NCBI GenBank assembly: GCA_950097015.1
Contig: CATNEN010000032.1
Location: forward strand, 1,860,001-1,924,000
DNA length: 64,000 nt
Source: Macrostomum hystrix
Taxonomy: Eukaryota > Animalia > Platyhelminthes
Direction: 5' to 3'
In this document: positions 34,405 to 48,000 of the stretch, piece by piece
Layout of the letters: the number at the start of each line of letters is the position of its first letter
How positions within the stretch are numbered: position 1 is the first letter of the stretch
Notes under the pieces: model-generated
Told to the model about the DNA's origin: nothing
The model's database searches: none
Seen by the model: the letters and a program-made list of their open reading frames with translations, nothing else
Made by a program: the position numbers and the translations under genes

Positions 34405-37400
34405 ATGAGAACTAGCCTGTTAAAGTACCGACAGCCACTGCAGCTGATCTCCAGGTCAACTGGTGAGATTTCCGAACTCAATGTCACACTCCGAGCTCAG
34501 AATGTCACTCTATCAGCTCAAAATGCCACTCTCCCAGCTAAACGTGTCACTCACAACTCACAATGTCACCCTTTCTTCTTAGAATGTCATTCTCTCAGCT
34601 CACGATGTCACTCTCAACTCACAATGTCACTATCAGCTCACAATGTCACTCTCAGCTCACAATGTCACTCTCTCAGCTCACAATGTCACTCTCTCAGCTC
34701 ACAATGTCACTCTCTCAGCTCACAATGTCACTCTCTCAGCTTAAAATGTCACCCTCCCAGCTCACAATGTCACTCTCTCAGCTCACAATGTCACTCTCTC
34801 AGATTAAAATGTCACCCTCCCAGCTCAAAATGTCACTCTCTCAGCTCACAATGTCACTCTCTCAGCTCAAAATGTCTCTCCAACATGGACTCATAAACCC
34901 GCAGGCTCCCTGCTTCGTCCAGTTCGAGTCCTGTCGTCGACCTCGGCGGCAGTGCCTGAGCCGGATGGGCCCAGAGTGCTGACCGGAAGTGTCCCGGGTC
35001 CCAGGTCCAAGCAGCTGATTGAAGAGGCCAACTCAAAACAGCTGCCCCACAGCATCCAATTCTTTGCCGACTATGCGAAATCTAGCGGCAATTATATTGT
35101 GGATGTGGACGGCAACACCCTGCTAGACATGTTTATGCAGATTTCGTCTCTGCCATTCGGTGCGCCAACTGCAATCCCTGTTCACCGCGATCCCTATTCA
35201 CCCTGATCCCTACTCACCGTGATCCCAATACCCTGATCCCAATTCACCCTGATCCCAACACCTGATCCCTACACCCTTATCCCCATTAATAGTGGTCCCG
35301 ACATTCACTGTGATCCTCCTCATAGTGATTATATTTATCGTTACTCAGATGTACACTGATCCCTATTCACCGCGATCCTTAACGTTTCAGAATCGGCTGT
35401 ACCTGAAATCTTGTGAACCATAGTATCTGTGCCCAACAGTAAATATACTCTTAAATTTCCCTAAATGCCTTGCAGGCTACAATCACCCGGTTCTGTTGAA
35501 GGTGGCCAATTCCAAGGAGTTTATTGTGAGTTGAAGATTTAAATTTCGATAACAAGACACCAAAACAGTAAGAATGGCGCCACCACACTACAGTTAGAAT
35601 GGCGCCACCACACTACAGTTAGAATGGCGCCACCACACTACAGTTAGAATGGCGCCACCACACACTACAGTTAGAATGGCGCCACCACACTACAGTTAGA
35701 ATGGCGCCACGACACTACAGTTAGAATGGCACCACGACACTACAGTTAGAATGGCGCCACCACACTACAGTTAGAATGGCGCCACCACACTACAGTTAGA
35801 ATGGCGCCACCACACTACAGTTAGAATGGCGCCACCACACTACAGTTAGAATGGCGCCACCACACTACAGTTAGAATGGCGCCACCACACTACAGTTAGA
35901 ATGGCGCCACGACACTACAGTTAGAATGGCGCCACCACACTACAGTTAGAATGGCGCGACCACACTACAGTTAGAATGGCGCGACCACACTACAGTTAGA
36001 ATGGCGCCACCACACTACAGTTAGAATGGCGCCACCACACTACAGTTAGAATGGCGCCACCACACTACAGTTAGAATGGCGCCACCACACTACAGTTAGA
36101 ATGGCGCGACCACACTACAGTTAGAATGGCGCGACCACACTACAGTTAGAATGGCGCCACCACACACGACAGTTAGAATGGCGCCACCACACTACAGTTA
36201 GAATGGCGCGACCACACTACAGTTAGAATGGCGCCACCACACACGACAGTTAGAATGGCGCCACCACACACGACAGTTAGAATGGCGCCACCACACACTA
36301 CAGTTAGAATGGCGCCACCACACACGACAGTTAGAATGGCGCCACCACACAATACAGTTAGAATGGCGCCACCACACACGACAGTTAGAATGGCGCCACC
36401 ACACACGACAGTTAGAATGGCGCCACCACACACTACAGTTAGAATGGCGCCACCACACACGACAGTTAGAATGGCGCCACCACACACTACAGTTAGAATG
36501 GCGCCACCACACTACAGTTAGAATGGCGCCACGACACTACAGTTAGAATGGCACCACGACACTACAGTTAGAATGGCGCCACCACACTACAGTTAGAATG
36601 GCGCCACCACACTACAGTTAGAATGGCGCCACCACACTACAGTTAGAATGGCGCCACCACACTACAGTTAGAATGGCGCCACCACACTACAGTTAGAATG
36701 GCGCCACCACACTACAGTTAGAATGGCGCCACCACACTACAGTTAGAATGGCGCCACCACACTACAGTTAGAATGGCGCCACCACACTACAGTTAGAATG
36801 GCGCCACCACACTACAGTTAGAATGGCGCCACCACACTACAGTTAGAATGGCGCCACCACACTACAGTTAGAATGGCGCCACCACACTACAGTTAGAATG
36901 GCGCCACCACACTACAGTTAGAATGGCGCCACCACACTACAGTTAGAATGGCGCCACCACACTACAGTTAGAATGGCGCCACCACACACGACAGTTAGAA
37001 TGGCGCCACCACACACGACAGTTAGAATGGCGCCACCACACACTACAGTTAGAATGGCGCCACCACACACGACAGTTAGAATGGCGCCACCACACTACAG
37101 TTAGAATGGCGCCACCACACTACAGTTAGAATGGCGCCACCACACACGACAGTTAGAATGGCGCCACCACACTACAGTTAGAATGGCGCCACCACACTAC
37201 AGTTAGAATGGCGCCACCACACTACAGTTAGAATGGCGCCACCACACTACAGTTAGAATGGCGCCACCACACTACAGTTAGAATGGCGCCACCACACTAC
37301 AGTTAGAATGGCGCCACCACACTACAGTTAGAATGGCGCCACCACACTACAGTTAGAATGGCGCCACCACACTACAGTTAGAATGGCGCCACCACACTAC

Positions 37401-40400
37401 AGTTAGAATGGCGCCACCACACTACAGTTAGAATGGCGCCACCCTAAATTGGAATTGCTCCAGACTCAGTCTGAACTGTTTTTTAAGCATGCGCAACTTG
37501 AAATTCCAGGAAATGTCCATAAACCGGCCGGCCCTTGGAATGTGTCCGCCGGCTGACTGGTTGGAGCGCCTGAACGGCAGTCTGCTCTCTGTGGCCCCAA
37601 AGGGCCTGAAGCGCGTCCAAACCATGATGTGCGGATCTTGTTCCAATGAGAACGCCATCAAAATGCTCTTTTTGAGCTATATGGTGAGCACTGATCGGGC
37701 ACCGCAGATACTACTGCTGACATATGCTACTAGTAGTCTGGCGGAAGTTAAATTAAATAAAGGAAATCTGAGTAAATATACATCAAAATATATTCAAAAT
37801 GGTCGATAGAGAATAAAACAGCGAAGGTGAGAAAGAATAGCGAATAGAACGTGAGATAGAAGGTCGTGTGTTTAAAATTAGCTCACCCAGTTCACATCCT
37901 CCATCCTGTTGCTAGGCGAAGCAGAGGGCCGGTCGGCCAGTGAGCCAGCAGGAGCTGGACTCAACTATGCTCAACCAGCCGCCGGGCAGTCCGCGCCTGT
38001 CGATTCTGTCATTCAATCGCGGTTTCCACGGCCGCACGATGGGCACTCTGAGCTGCACGAGGTCCAAGGCTTTGCACAAACTGGACGTGCCCGCCTTCCA
38101 GTGGCCCGCGGTGGATTTTCCCGCTTATAAGTATCCACTGGAGGAGAACAAAGACTACAATGCCAAGCAGGAGAAGCTCAGCCTTGCTCAGGTCTTTGTT
38201 TGATCTCTGTCAACGAGCTATATATTTTCAACCTATCTCAGTTCTACTCAAACTACTCACCTTACTCAACCAACTCAACCTACTCATCCTACTTAACCAA
38301 CTCAACCTACTGAACCTACTCATCCTACTCACCCTACTCGAACTTCCAGGTGGAGGAGACAGTGAACCGTCAGCGCTCGTTTGAGCCCGTTGCAGGGCTC
38401 ATTGTGGAGCCAATCCTAGCCGAGGGCGGTGACATCCACGCCCGCCCGGAGTACTTCAGGGCTCTGCGCAGTCTCTGCGCTAAGCTGGACGTGCCTCTGC
38501 TGGTTGACGAGGTACAAACAGGCGGCGGCATCTGCGGCACCTACTGGGCACACGAGCAGTGGGGACTGGACAACCCGCCAGACATTGTGACATTCAGCAA
38601 GCGGACTCTCCTCGGAGGAATCTATTTCAACGACAACCTGATGCCCGACCAGAGCTACAGGGTCTGCAACACCTGGCTGGGGGAGCCAAGCAAAGTGATG
38701 CTCCTGGAAGCTGTGATTCGCACTATTAAGGAAGAGAAGCTGATGGAGTCAGTAAAGAAGGCTGGCAAGGTGCTGATCAATGGACTGGGTGAGTAGGGCG
38801 ACTAAGGTTCGTCTTTGGATTTGAAATCCGAAGATTTGTAATCTTTTCAATTCCCGAATGTCCCCTAAACTTCGCAATTCCCAAACTTCCCAAACCCCAA
38901 ACTTCCCAAACCCCAAACTTCCCGATCCCCAAACTTCCCAATCCCCAAAATTCCCAATCCCCAAACTTCCCAATCCCCAAACTTCCCAATCCCCAAACTT
39001 CCCAATCCTCAAACTTCCCAATCCCCAAACTTCCCAATCCCTCATCTGCCCAATCCTCAAATTTCTCAATTCCTAAACTTGCTAATTTACAAACTTCTTA
39101 ATCCCCAAACTTCTTAATCCCCAAACTTCCAAATCCCCAAACTTCCCAATCCTCAAACTTCCAAATCCCCAAACTTCCCAATCCCCAAACTTCCCAATCC
39201 CCAAACTTCCCAATCCCAAACATCTCAATCGCCAACTTACTACCGGTGGGGGGCGGAACGCCGCAACCACAGGAAAAAAGAGAAGGGGCCCTAAAATCCC
39301 AAAAACTCCTGAAATCCCTAAAATTCTTAAAATCCCTAAAATCCCTACAATCCCAATAATCCCTACAATCCCTAGAACTCCTAAAATCTCTAAAATTCCT
39401 AAAAACCCTACAATCCCGCAAACGTTGCCACCTGACAGAGGAGCTGAGCAAGCGGCATCCGAGCCTCATCAACAGTCCTCGCGGCCTTGGCATCATGTGC
39501 GCCGTCGACTTCGCCGATGCGAACCTGCGAAACACCGCCGTTGAACGCCTTAGAAACAAAGGTGAGTGGGCGGGGCTCAAAGTATTTTCAGTTGTCCCGT
39601 CAAAGCAAAGTCAATTTAATTGGACAGTTAAAAAAATAATCAAAATATAATACCCAGCAGCCCTTCAGAGCTGTTAAGCGTTTTTGATAACATTATTTGA
39701 TGACAGAGTAGAAAACTTTAAAATGACGCAGTAACTAATTCAACCGCAGTTAATGTAAGCACGAATCGGACCTACTAAAATGGCGCCACCCCAGTCAACT
39801 AGAGCAGCACCCGCCAAGCTGTCAGTAAATCAATATTTCAACCTGTCAGTATATAAATCTGTCAAGCTTTCAGTACATCAATCTGACAAGCTTTCAGTAC
39901 ATCAATCTGTCAAGCTTTCAGTACATCAATCTGTCAAGCTGTCAGTACATCAATCTGTCAAGCTGTCAGTACATCAAACTGTCGAGCTGTCTGTACATCA
40001 AACTGTCGAGCTGTCAGTACATCAATCTGTCAAGCTGTCAGTACATCAAACTGTTGCGCTGTCAGAACATCAATCTATCAAGCTGTCAGTACATCAAAAT
40101 GTCGAGCTGTCAGAACATCAATCTGTCAAGCTGTCAGTACATCAAACTGTCGAGCTGTCAGAACATCAATCTGTCAAGCTGTCAGTACATCAAACTGTTG
40201 AGCTGTCAGTACATCAATCTGTCAAGCTGTCAGAACATCAAACTGTCGAGCTGTCAGAACATCAATCTGTCAAGCTGTCAGTACATCAATATTTCAACCT
40301 GTCAGTATATCAATCTGTCAAGCTGTCAGTACATCAAACTGTCGAGCTGTCAGTACATCAAACTGTCGAGCTGTCAGTACATCAATCTGTCAAGCTGTCA

Positions 40401-41795
40401 GTACATCAAACTGTCGAGCTGTCAGAACATCAATCTGTCAAGCTGTCAGTACATCAAACTGTCGAGCTGTCAGAACATCAATCTGTCAAGCTGTCAGTAC
40501 ATCAATCTGTCAAGCTGTCAGTAAATCAATATTTCAACCTGTCAGTATATCAATCTGTCAAGCTTTCAGTACATTAATCTGTCAAGCTTTCAGTACATCA
40601 ATCTGTCAAGCTGTCAGTACATCAAACTGTCGAGCTGTCAGTACATCAATCTGTCAAGCTGTCAGTACATCAAACTGTTGCGCTGTCAGAACATCAATCT
40701 GTCAAGCTGTCAGTACATCAAAATGTCGAGCTGTCAGAACATCAATCTGTCAAGCTGTCAGTACATCAAACTGTCGAGCTGTCAGAACATCAATCTGTCA
40801 AGCTGTCAGTACATCAAACTGTTGAGCTGTCAGTACATCAATCTGTCAAGCTGTCAGAACATCAATCTGTCAAGCTGTCAGTATATCAATGTTCCAAGCT
40901 GTCAGTAAATCAATATTTCAACCTGTCAGTATATCAATCTGTCAAGCTGTCAGTACATCAATCTGTCAAGCTGTCAGTACATCAAACTGTCGAGCTGTCA
41001 GAACATCAATCTGTCAAGCTGTCAGTACATCAATGTTCCAAGCTGTCAGTAAATCAATATTTCAACCTGTCAGTATATCAATCTGTCAAGCTTTCAGTAC
41101 ATTAATCTGTCAAGCTGTCAGTACATCAATCTGTCAAGCTGTCAGTACATCAAAATGTCGAGCTGTCAGAACATCAATCTGTCAAGCTGTCAGTACATCA
41201 AACTGTCGAGCTGTCAGAACATCAATCTGTCAAGCTGTCAGTACATCAAACTGTTGAGCTGTCAGTACATCAATCTGTCAAGCTGTCAGAACATCAAACT
41301 GTCGAGCTGTCAGTATATCAATGTTCCAAGCTGTCAGTAAATCAATATTTTAAACTGTCAGTATATCAATCTGTCAAGCTGTTAGTACATTAATCAGTCA
41401 AGCTGTCAGTATATCAATATTTCAACCTGTCAGTATATCAATGTTCCAAGCTGTCAGTAAATCAATATTTCAACCTGTCAGTATATCCATCTGTCAAGCT
41501 GTCAGTACATTAATCAGTCAAGCTGTCAGTACATCAATATGTCCAGCTGTCAGTAAATTAATGTGTCAAACTGACAATATTTTAATATGTCATGCTGTCA
41601 GTATATCAATGTATCAAGCCGTCAGTGTACCAATCTGTCAATCTGTCAATCTGTCAATCTCTCCCGCCAGGCATTAACACTGGTGGCTGTGGCGAAGTGG
41701 GCCTCCGTTTCCGGCCCTCCCTGATCTTCAAGGAGAAGCACGCGAAGATCTTTTTGGAATCATTTGACTCCGTGCTGCAGACGATGGCCAAGTGA
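34405..41795 (+). CDS. ABAT: 4-aminobutyrate aminotransferase (GABA-T), paralog 1, 8 exons, 499 aa
   Basis: Exons 34405-34462, 34905-35159, 35476-35525, 37510-37683, 37916-38191, 38350-38788, 39439-39561, 41671-41795 (1500 nt, GT-AG). Motifs [65 protein letters not shown]. Confidence 0.95.
34480..34880. repeat. 21-bp minisatellite in ABAT-1 intron 1 (AATGTCACTCTCTCAGCTCAC)
   Basis: About 18 copies. Confidence 0.93.
35570..37443. repeat. 25(27)-bp minisatellite in ABAT-1 intron 3 (GAATGGCGCCACCACACTACAGTTA), ~74 copies
   Basis: Highly homogeneous direct repeats. Confidence 0.98.
38870..39410. repeat. 16-bp (CCCCAAACTTCCCAAT) and 9-bp repeats in ABAT-1 intron 6
   Basis: Direct repetition. 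Confidence 0.92.
39810..41660. repeat. 24-bp composite minisatellite in ABAT-1 intron 7 (CTGTCAGTACATCAATCTGTCAAG)
   Basis: About 1.85 kb of variant units. Confidence 0.96.
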
Positions 41796-42074
41796 ACTAC
41801 GGAAGCAATTGACACAGATATGTTTTCTACTGTCATGACCTCATTTGAAGTGCCTGGCGAATTTAATTTCGAAGTTTTTCGATTTTTATTCGTAATTTTT
41901 GCGTTGACTCAATCTGCGTTAACAAACTGTTGCCGCCTGATTTACTGAAACAAAGTGCAAGCTTCTACTGATTACAGTGACAACCCAATTTGTTGTACAT
42001 GACTCATTGAAAAAATCCCATTAATAATTGTGCTTCGTGCTTTTATTCATATTAATTAATTAACATCTGCCCCT

Positions 42075-42244
42075 ATCATGCCAGAAGTGCACCGCCGCAG
42101 CTAATGCTGGAACCCATTTAACAGCTGGTTGAACTGAAGCACTGTGTAGAGTTAAGTATCTTGCTAAAGGATACAAATTGTTCAAGTGGAGTTAGGAATC
42201 GAACCCCCGACCTTTAAGTCGTGAGTCCGACGACCTTACTAACC
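42075..42244 (-). mobile_element. tRNA-derived SINE fragment
   Basis: Minus strand GTCGGACTCACGACTT..GGTTCGATTCC (B box) followed by TGTATCCTTTAGCAAGATACTTAAC..CCAGCTG..AATGGGT core; similar to 49075-49368. Confidence 0.8.
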
Positions 42245-42539
42245 TAACAAGCAAAATAAAAAAATGACATTTTTCTGGGTGAATTCCGATTGGCCAACCC
42301 GAACCCTACGGGCCTACACAAGAGCCACTAACCCCTGCCACACCCACACACCAACCCATCATACTCCTCTCCACCCCTGCAGATCAACCCCACCAGCCCC
42401 CGCCCCACCTCTCCAGCCCACCAATCAGTGCGCTGCGGCAGAGAAACCCTTTTCCTATGACTGGCAGTATTTTAGCGACGCTGGCGAAGCCATTGGGCGC
42501 CTCTCATAGAGCTGGGATATTCCTGGTTGGAGGTTGTCA

Positions 42540-42975
42540 GACAGTCAGGGGGTAGAGAGTCAGGGGTTGGAGAGTCAGGGGTTGGAGAGTTAGGGGTTAG
42601 AGGGTCGGGATTGGAGGAGAGTCAGGGGGTGGTGGGTCAGGGGTTTGAGAGTCAGGGGTTGGAGAGTCAGGGGTCGGAGAGTCAGGGGTTGGAGAGTCAG
42701 GTGTTGGAGATTCAGGGGTTGGAGAGTCAAGGGTTGGAGGGTCAGGGGGTGGTGGGTCAGGGGTTGGAGAGTAAGGGGTTGGAGAGTAGGGGGCTAGAGG
42801 GTCAGGGGTTGGAGATTCAGGGGTTGGAGAGTAGGGGGCTAGAGGGTCAGGGGTTGGAGATTCAGGGGTTGGAGGGTCGGGGGTTGGAGGGTCAGGGGTT
42901 GGAGAGTCGGGGATTGGAGTGTCGTGGGTTGGAGGGTCAGGGGTTGGAGGGTCAAGAGTTGGAGAGTCAGAAAAA
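42540..42975. repeat. 15-bp G-rich minisatellite, same family as 32985-34010, more diverged
   Basis: GGAGAGTCAGGGGTT units. Confidence 0.95.
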
Positions 42976-43829
42976 GTGAGAGCAAAGGCAGAAGACAGTA
43001 GAAAAGGGAGTCGAAAAGCAGGAAGAATAATTGCAAAGCTTTGGAAGAGGAGACGTGTTTGAGAGTTCAAGCCAGAAAAACAAGCCAGAAAGGCTGCTGC
43101 GCTAGTCCAGCACTTCTCCCCTAGGCCCGGTGCAATTTGGCGGAGCCGAGGAGTTATTCGCCAGAAGCAGGAAATTCAATTTACGCCACCCGCAATTTGG
43201 GTGCAACAAGCCGTGCCCACAGTGGATCCTGGCTTTGCTCATCAGCTGGCACATCTGGCACAGTTGTGAGCTGCTTCCATACATGCATATTTTATCAGGG
43301 GCTGGGCTGTGTCTGATGGTCTGCCTTCGGTCTCTGCGAAGTAGAAGAAGCGCGAAAATGTACTTTTCACTCCCCGGGGCCTCTCTCTTTCTCATCCAGC
43401 TTTGCCGCCCCTTCGTCGTCTTGACCGTGACTGCGATATTTCAGCAATGCGCGTGAAACCCCCCTACGGGTGTGGCGGGTGAGAATCTGAGTATCTGAGA
43501 AAATCCCCTTCAATAAAAGTATTTTCTTCTCTATCGGTCAACTGAGATTTTGGGGTAGGAATTGTAGGGAAGCCGCATTTCGGGAGAGAAACTCAATTAA
43601 CCCTAGGGAACGGCAGCAATGGCATTGACTGCATTGACTGGGCATTTTTCCTTTCTTACTTCAATGCACTTCCCAATTTTCGCATCCTTTTTAAGGATCT
43701 CAATTCGTTTTTTTTCGTGCGCGAGATGCTAACAAGATTGTACTTTTATGCAAGGGATTGGGACTGCGAATCCAGCATCTTCTTCTCCATCAGGCCGCCT
43801 AGATACTGAAATCCTCTCCTCACACTCTC

Positions 43830-44110
43830 CTCCACCCTGTCTACCCCGCAATTTCTAGACCTAACACTGTCTACCCCACCCTGTCTACCCCACCCAGTCT
43901 ACATCAACGCAATGTCTACACCAACTGTCTACTCCATCTTGTCTACCCCAACCCAGTATGGCAGGGTTAGACTGTCCCCACCCAGTTTGTCCCCATCCTG
44001 TCTACCCCACTCTGTGTAGACAGACAGCCTCAATCTACCCTACCCTCTCTACCCTACCCTATCTACCATATCTATCTACCCTATCTACCCTACCCAATGT
44101 ACCCTATCTA
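43830..44110. repeat. Degenerate C-rich repeat (CTGTCTACCCC / CTACC motifs)
   Basis: Recurrent TCTACCC motif. Confidence 0.7.
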
Positions 44111-45046
44111 CTATATCAACGGGTAGATACAAAATAAAAGTGCACGCGGATGCATCAAACGGGCGCGCACAAGCAGGAGTAAAGTTTTAGCTCAAATTTC
44201 AAGCTTCATTCATTTTGACAGTCAATGTTTTTAACTCCAACCCACCAGTCTCAGTGCCCTACCAGCACAGCAAATCGTTTCTGGGGGGGTATAAGCCTAG
44301 ACTGGTTGACATCAGTGGCTCGTGAATTATAGATAATTGATGGGAGTTTTTTACTTCCAGGGAAGCAATGGCCTCACAATCACCCGGTACCATTATTTTT
44401 CATCGTTAACTATCTTTCTTTTTAAGCAATTTATCACTTTTTTCATTTTTTCCTCATTTTTTAGTTCTAAGAATAATGTAATCAATTGCATCACATTTTC
44501 AGCTGCGTCTTCTCACATCTTCCCTGAAATGTTTAATTTTCTCTTCTCCCTTCGCCAATAGTGACATAGCTAACGTTGCTTTGTGAACCAGTACTAATGT
44601 CAAGACTATTCAGCCATTCAGGTAGGTCAGGTAGGGAAATTGACAAACTGAATGCAAAGGGAGAATCAGGCCGGGGGGTGGGAAAGACAGCCAGCAGCAA
44701 TCTTAGCATGCTTGAATATCTATTGGACCGCCGAAATGTACTGCTATGCAATGCAAGGGACAGAAAGGGGAGAGACAGAGAGGAGAGAGAGCGGCACAGG
44801 CAGGCAGTTGTTCGTTGAGGTCTGTCCTCTATAAACACTCTGTTGCCTGGGCCCTGGAGACGGCCACGACTGCACGATTAAATTAGCTAGCTGTTGGGGG
44901 GTCACAGGCACTTTGTTATAATTCAGCTTATCGCTTTGTACACGCATCTAAAGCTACAAAGCCAGTTGAAAATCTGCGCACACCCCACGGAGACCAGGCG
45001 CTGTGTGTTCGTCAATACTGTTTCAATTCTAAGAACCAACTCTGCA

Positions 45047-48000
45047 ATGAGAACTAGCCTGTTAAAGTACCGACAGCCACTGCAGCTGATCTCCAGGTCA
45101 ACTGGTGAGATTTCCTCCCACGATGTCACTCTCCCAGCTCAGAACGTCACACTCCCTGCTCAGAATGTCACTCTCTCAGCTCACAATGTCACTCTCTCAG
45201 CTCACAATGTCACTCTCTCAGCTCAAAATGTCACTCTCTCAGCTTAAAATGTCACCCTCCCAGCTCACAATGTCACTCTCTCAGCTCAAAATGTCACTCT
45301 CTCAGCTCACAATGTCACTCTCTCAGCTCAAAATGTCTCTCCAACATGTGCCTCATAAACCCGCAGGCTCCCTGCTTCGTCCAGTTCGAGTCCTGTCGTC
45401 GACCTCGGCGGCAGTGCCTGAGCCGGATGGGCCCAGAGTGCTGACCGGAAGTGTCCCGGGTCCCAGGTCCAAGCAGCTGATTGAAGAGGCCAACTCAAAA
45501 CAGCTGCCCCACAGCATCCAATTCTTTGCCGACTATGCGAAATCTAGCGGCAATTATATTGTGGATGTGGACGGCAACACCCTGCTAGACATGTTTATGC
45601 AGATTTCGTCTCTGCCATTCGGTGCGCCAACTGCAATCCCTGTTCACCGCGATCCCTACTTACCCTGATCCCTACTCACCGTGATCACAATACCCTGATC
45701 CCAATTCACCCTGATCCCAACACCCTGATCCCAACACCCTGATCCCAACACCCTGATCCCAACACCCTGATCCCAACACCCTGATCCCAAAACCCTGATC
45801 CCAACACCCTGATCCCAATGCACCGTGATCCATATTCACACTGATCCCTTTTTACCGTGATCCGAACAGCCTGATCCCAACACCCTGATCCCAAAACCCT
45901 GATCCCAACACCCTGATCCCAACACCCTGATCCCAAAACCCTGATCCCAACACCCTGATCCCAATGCACCGTGATCCATATTCACACTGATCCCTTTTTA
46001 CCGTGATCCGAACAGCCTGATCCCAACAGCCTGATCCCAACACCCTGATCCCAACAGCCTGATCCCAACACCCTGATCCCAACACCCTGATCCCAACAGC
46101 CTGATCCCAACAGCCTGATCCCAACAGCCTGATCCCAACACCCTGATCCCAACAGCCTGATCCCAACAGCCTGATCCTAGCACAGCGATCCCTATTTATA
46201 GTTATCCCTATTCACTGAGATCCTATTCACGGTGGTCCCTATTCAAAGAGATAATTTAGAGATCGCTATAGAGATCACACCTAAACTCTTATTCATAAGC
46301 AAGGGGATCTCTATTCACTATGGTCCCTATTAGCCAAAATATCTCTGTGATCGATACTCGTACATACGAGCCGTATCGCGCAATGTCAAGTCGTAACGTT
46401 AGCTTTTTGGAAGAGCTCTTGAACCTACTTATAAGTAGAGTAGAAAAAATATTTTTTTATTTTAATTGACTTGCATTGCAGGTTACAATCACCCGGCTCT
46501 GTTGAAGGTGGCCCATTCCAAGGAGTTCATTGTGAGTTGAAGATTTAAATTTCGATTAACAAGACACCAAAACAGTAAGAGTGGCGCCACCCTCCAGTAA
46601 GAATGGCGCCACCCTCCAATTAGAATGCCCTTCAGTTAGAATTGCGCCACCCTCCAGTAAGAATGGCGCCACCCTCTACTTAGAATGACGCCACCCTCTA
46701 CATAGAATGGCGCCACCCTCCACTTAGAATGGCGCCACCCTCTACATAGAATGGCGCCACCCTCCACTTAGAATGGCGCCACCCTCTACATAGAATGACG
46801 CCACCCTCTACTTAGAATGGCGCCACCCTCTACTTAGAATGACGCCACCCTCTACATAGAATGGCGCCACCCTCCACTTAGAATGGCGCCACCCTCCACT
46901 TAGAATGGCGCCACCCTCCACTTAGAATGGCGCCACCCTCCACTTAGAATGGCGCCACCCTCCACTTAGAATGGCGCCACCCTCCACTTAGAATGGTGCC
47001 ACCCTCCACTTAGAATGGCGCCACCCTCCACTTAGAATGGCGCCACTCTCTACTTAGAATGGCGCCACCCTCCACTTAGAATGGCGCCACCCTCCACTTA
47101 GAATGACGCCACCCTCTACTTAGAATGGCGCCACCCTCTACTTAGAATGGCGCCACCCTCCACTTAGAATGGCGCCACCCTCCACTTAGAATGGCGCCAC
47201 CCTCCACTTAGAATGGCGCCACCCTCCACTTAGAATGGTGCCACCCTCCACTTAGAATGGCGCCACCCTCCACTTAGAATGGCGCCACCCTCTACTTAGA
47301 ATGGCGCCACCCTCCACTTAGAATGGCGCCACCCTCCACTTAGAATGACGCCACCCTCTACTTAGAATGGCGCCACCCTCTACTTAGAATGGCGCCACCC
47401 TCCACTTAGAATGACGCCACCCTCCACTTAGAATGGCGCCACCCTCCACTTAGAATGGCGCCACCCTCCACTTAGAATGGCGGCACCCTTTACTTAGAAT
47501 GGTGCCACCCTCCACTTAGAATGGCGCCACCCTCCACTTAGAATGGCGCCACCCTCCACTTAGAATGACGCCACCCTCTACTTAGAATGGCGCCACCCTC
47601 TACTTAGAATGGCGCCACCCTCCACTTAGAATGACGCCACCCTCCACTTAGAATGGCGCCACCCTCCACTTAGAATGGCGCCACCCTCCACTTAGAATGG
47701 CGCCACCCTCCACTTAGAATGGCGCCACCCTTTACTTAGAATGGTGCCACCCTCCACTTAGAATGGCGCCACCCTCCACTTAGAATGGCGCCACCCTCCA
47801 CTTAGAATGGCGCCACCCTCCACTTAGAATGGCGCCACCCTCCACTTAGAATGACGCCACCCTCCACTTAGAATGGCGCCACCCTCTACTTAGAATGGCG
47901 CCACCCTCCACTTAGAATGGTGCCACCCTCTACTTAGAATGACGCTACCCTCCACTTAGAATGGCGCCACCCTCCACTTAGAATGGCGCCACCCTCTACA

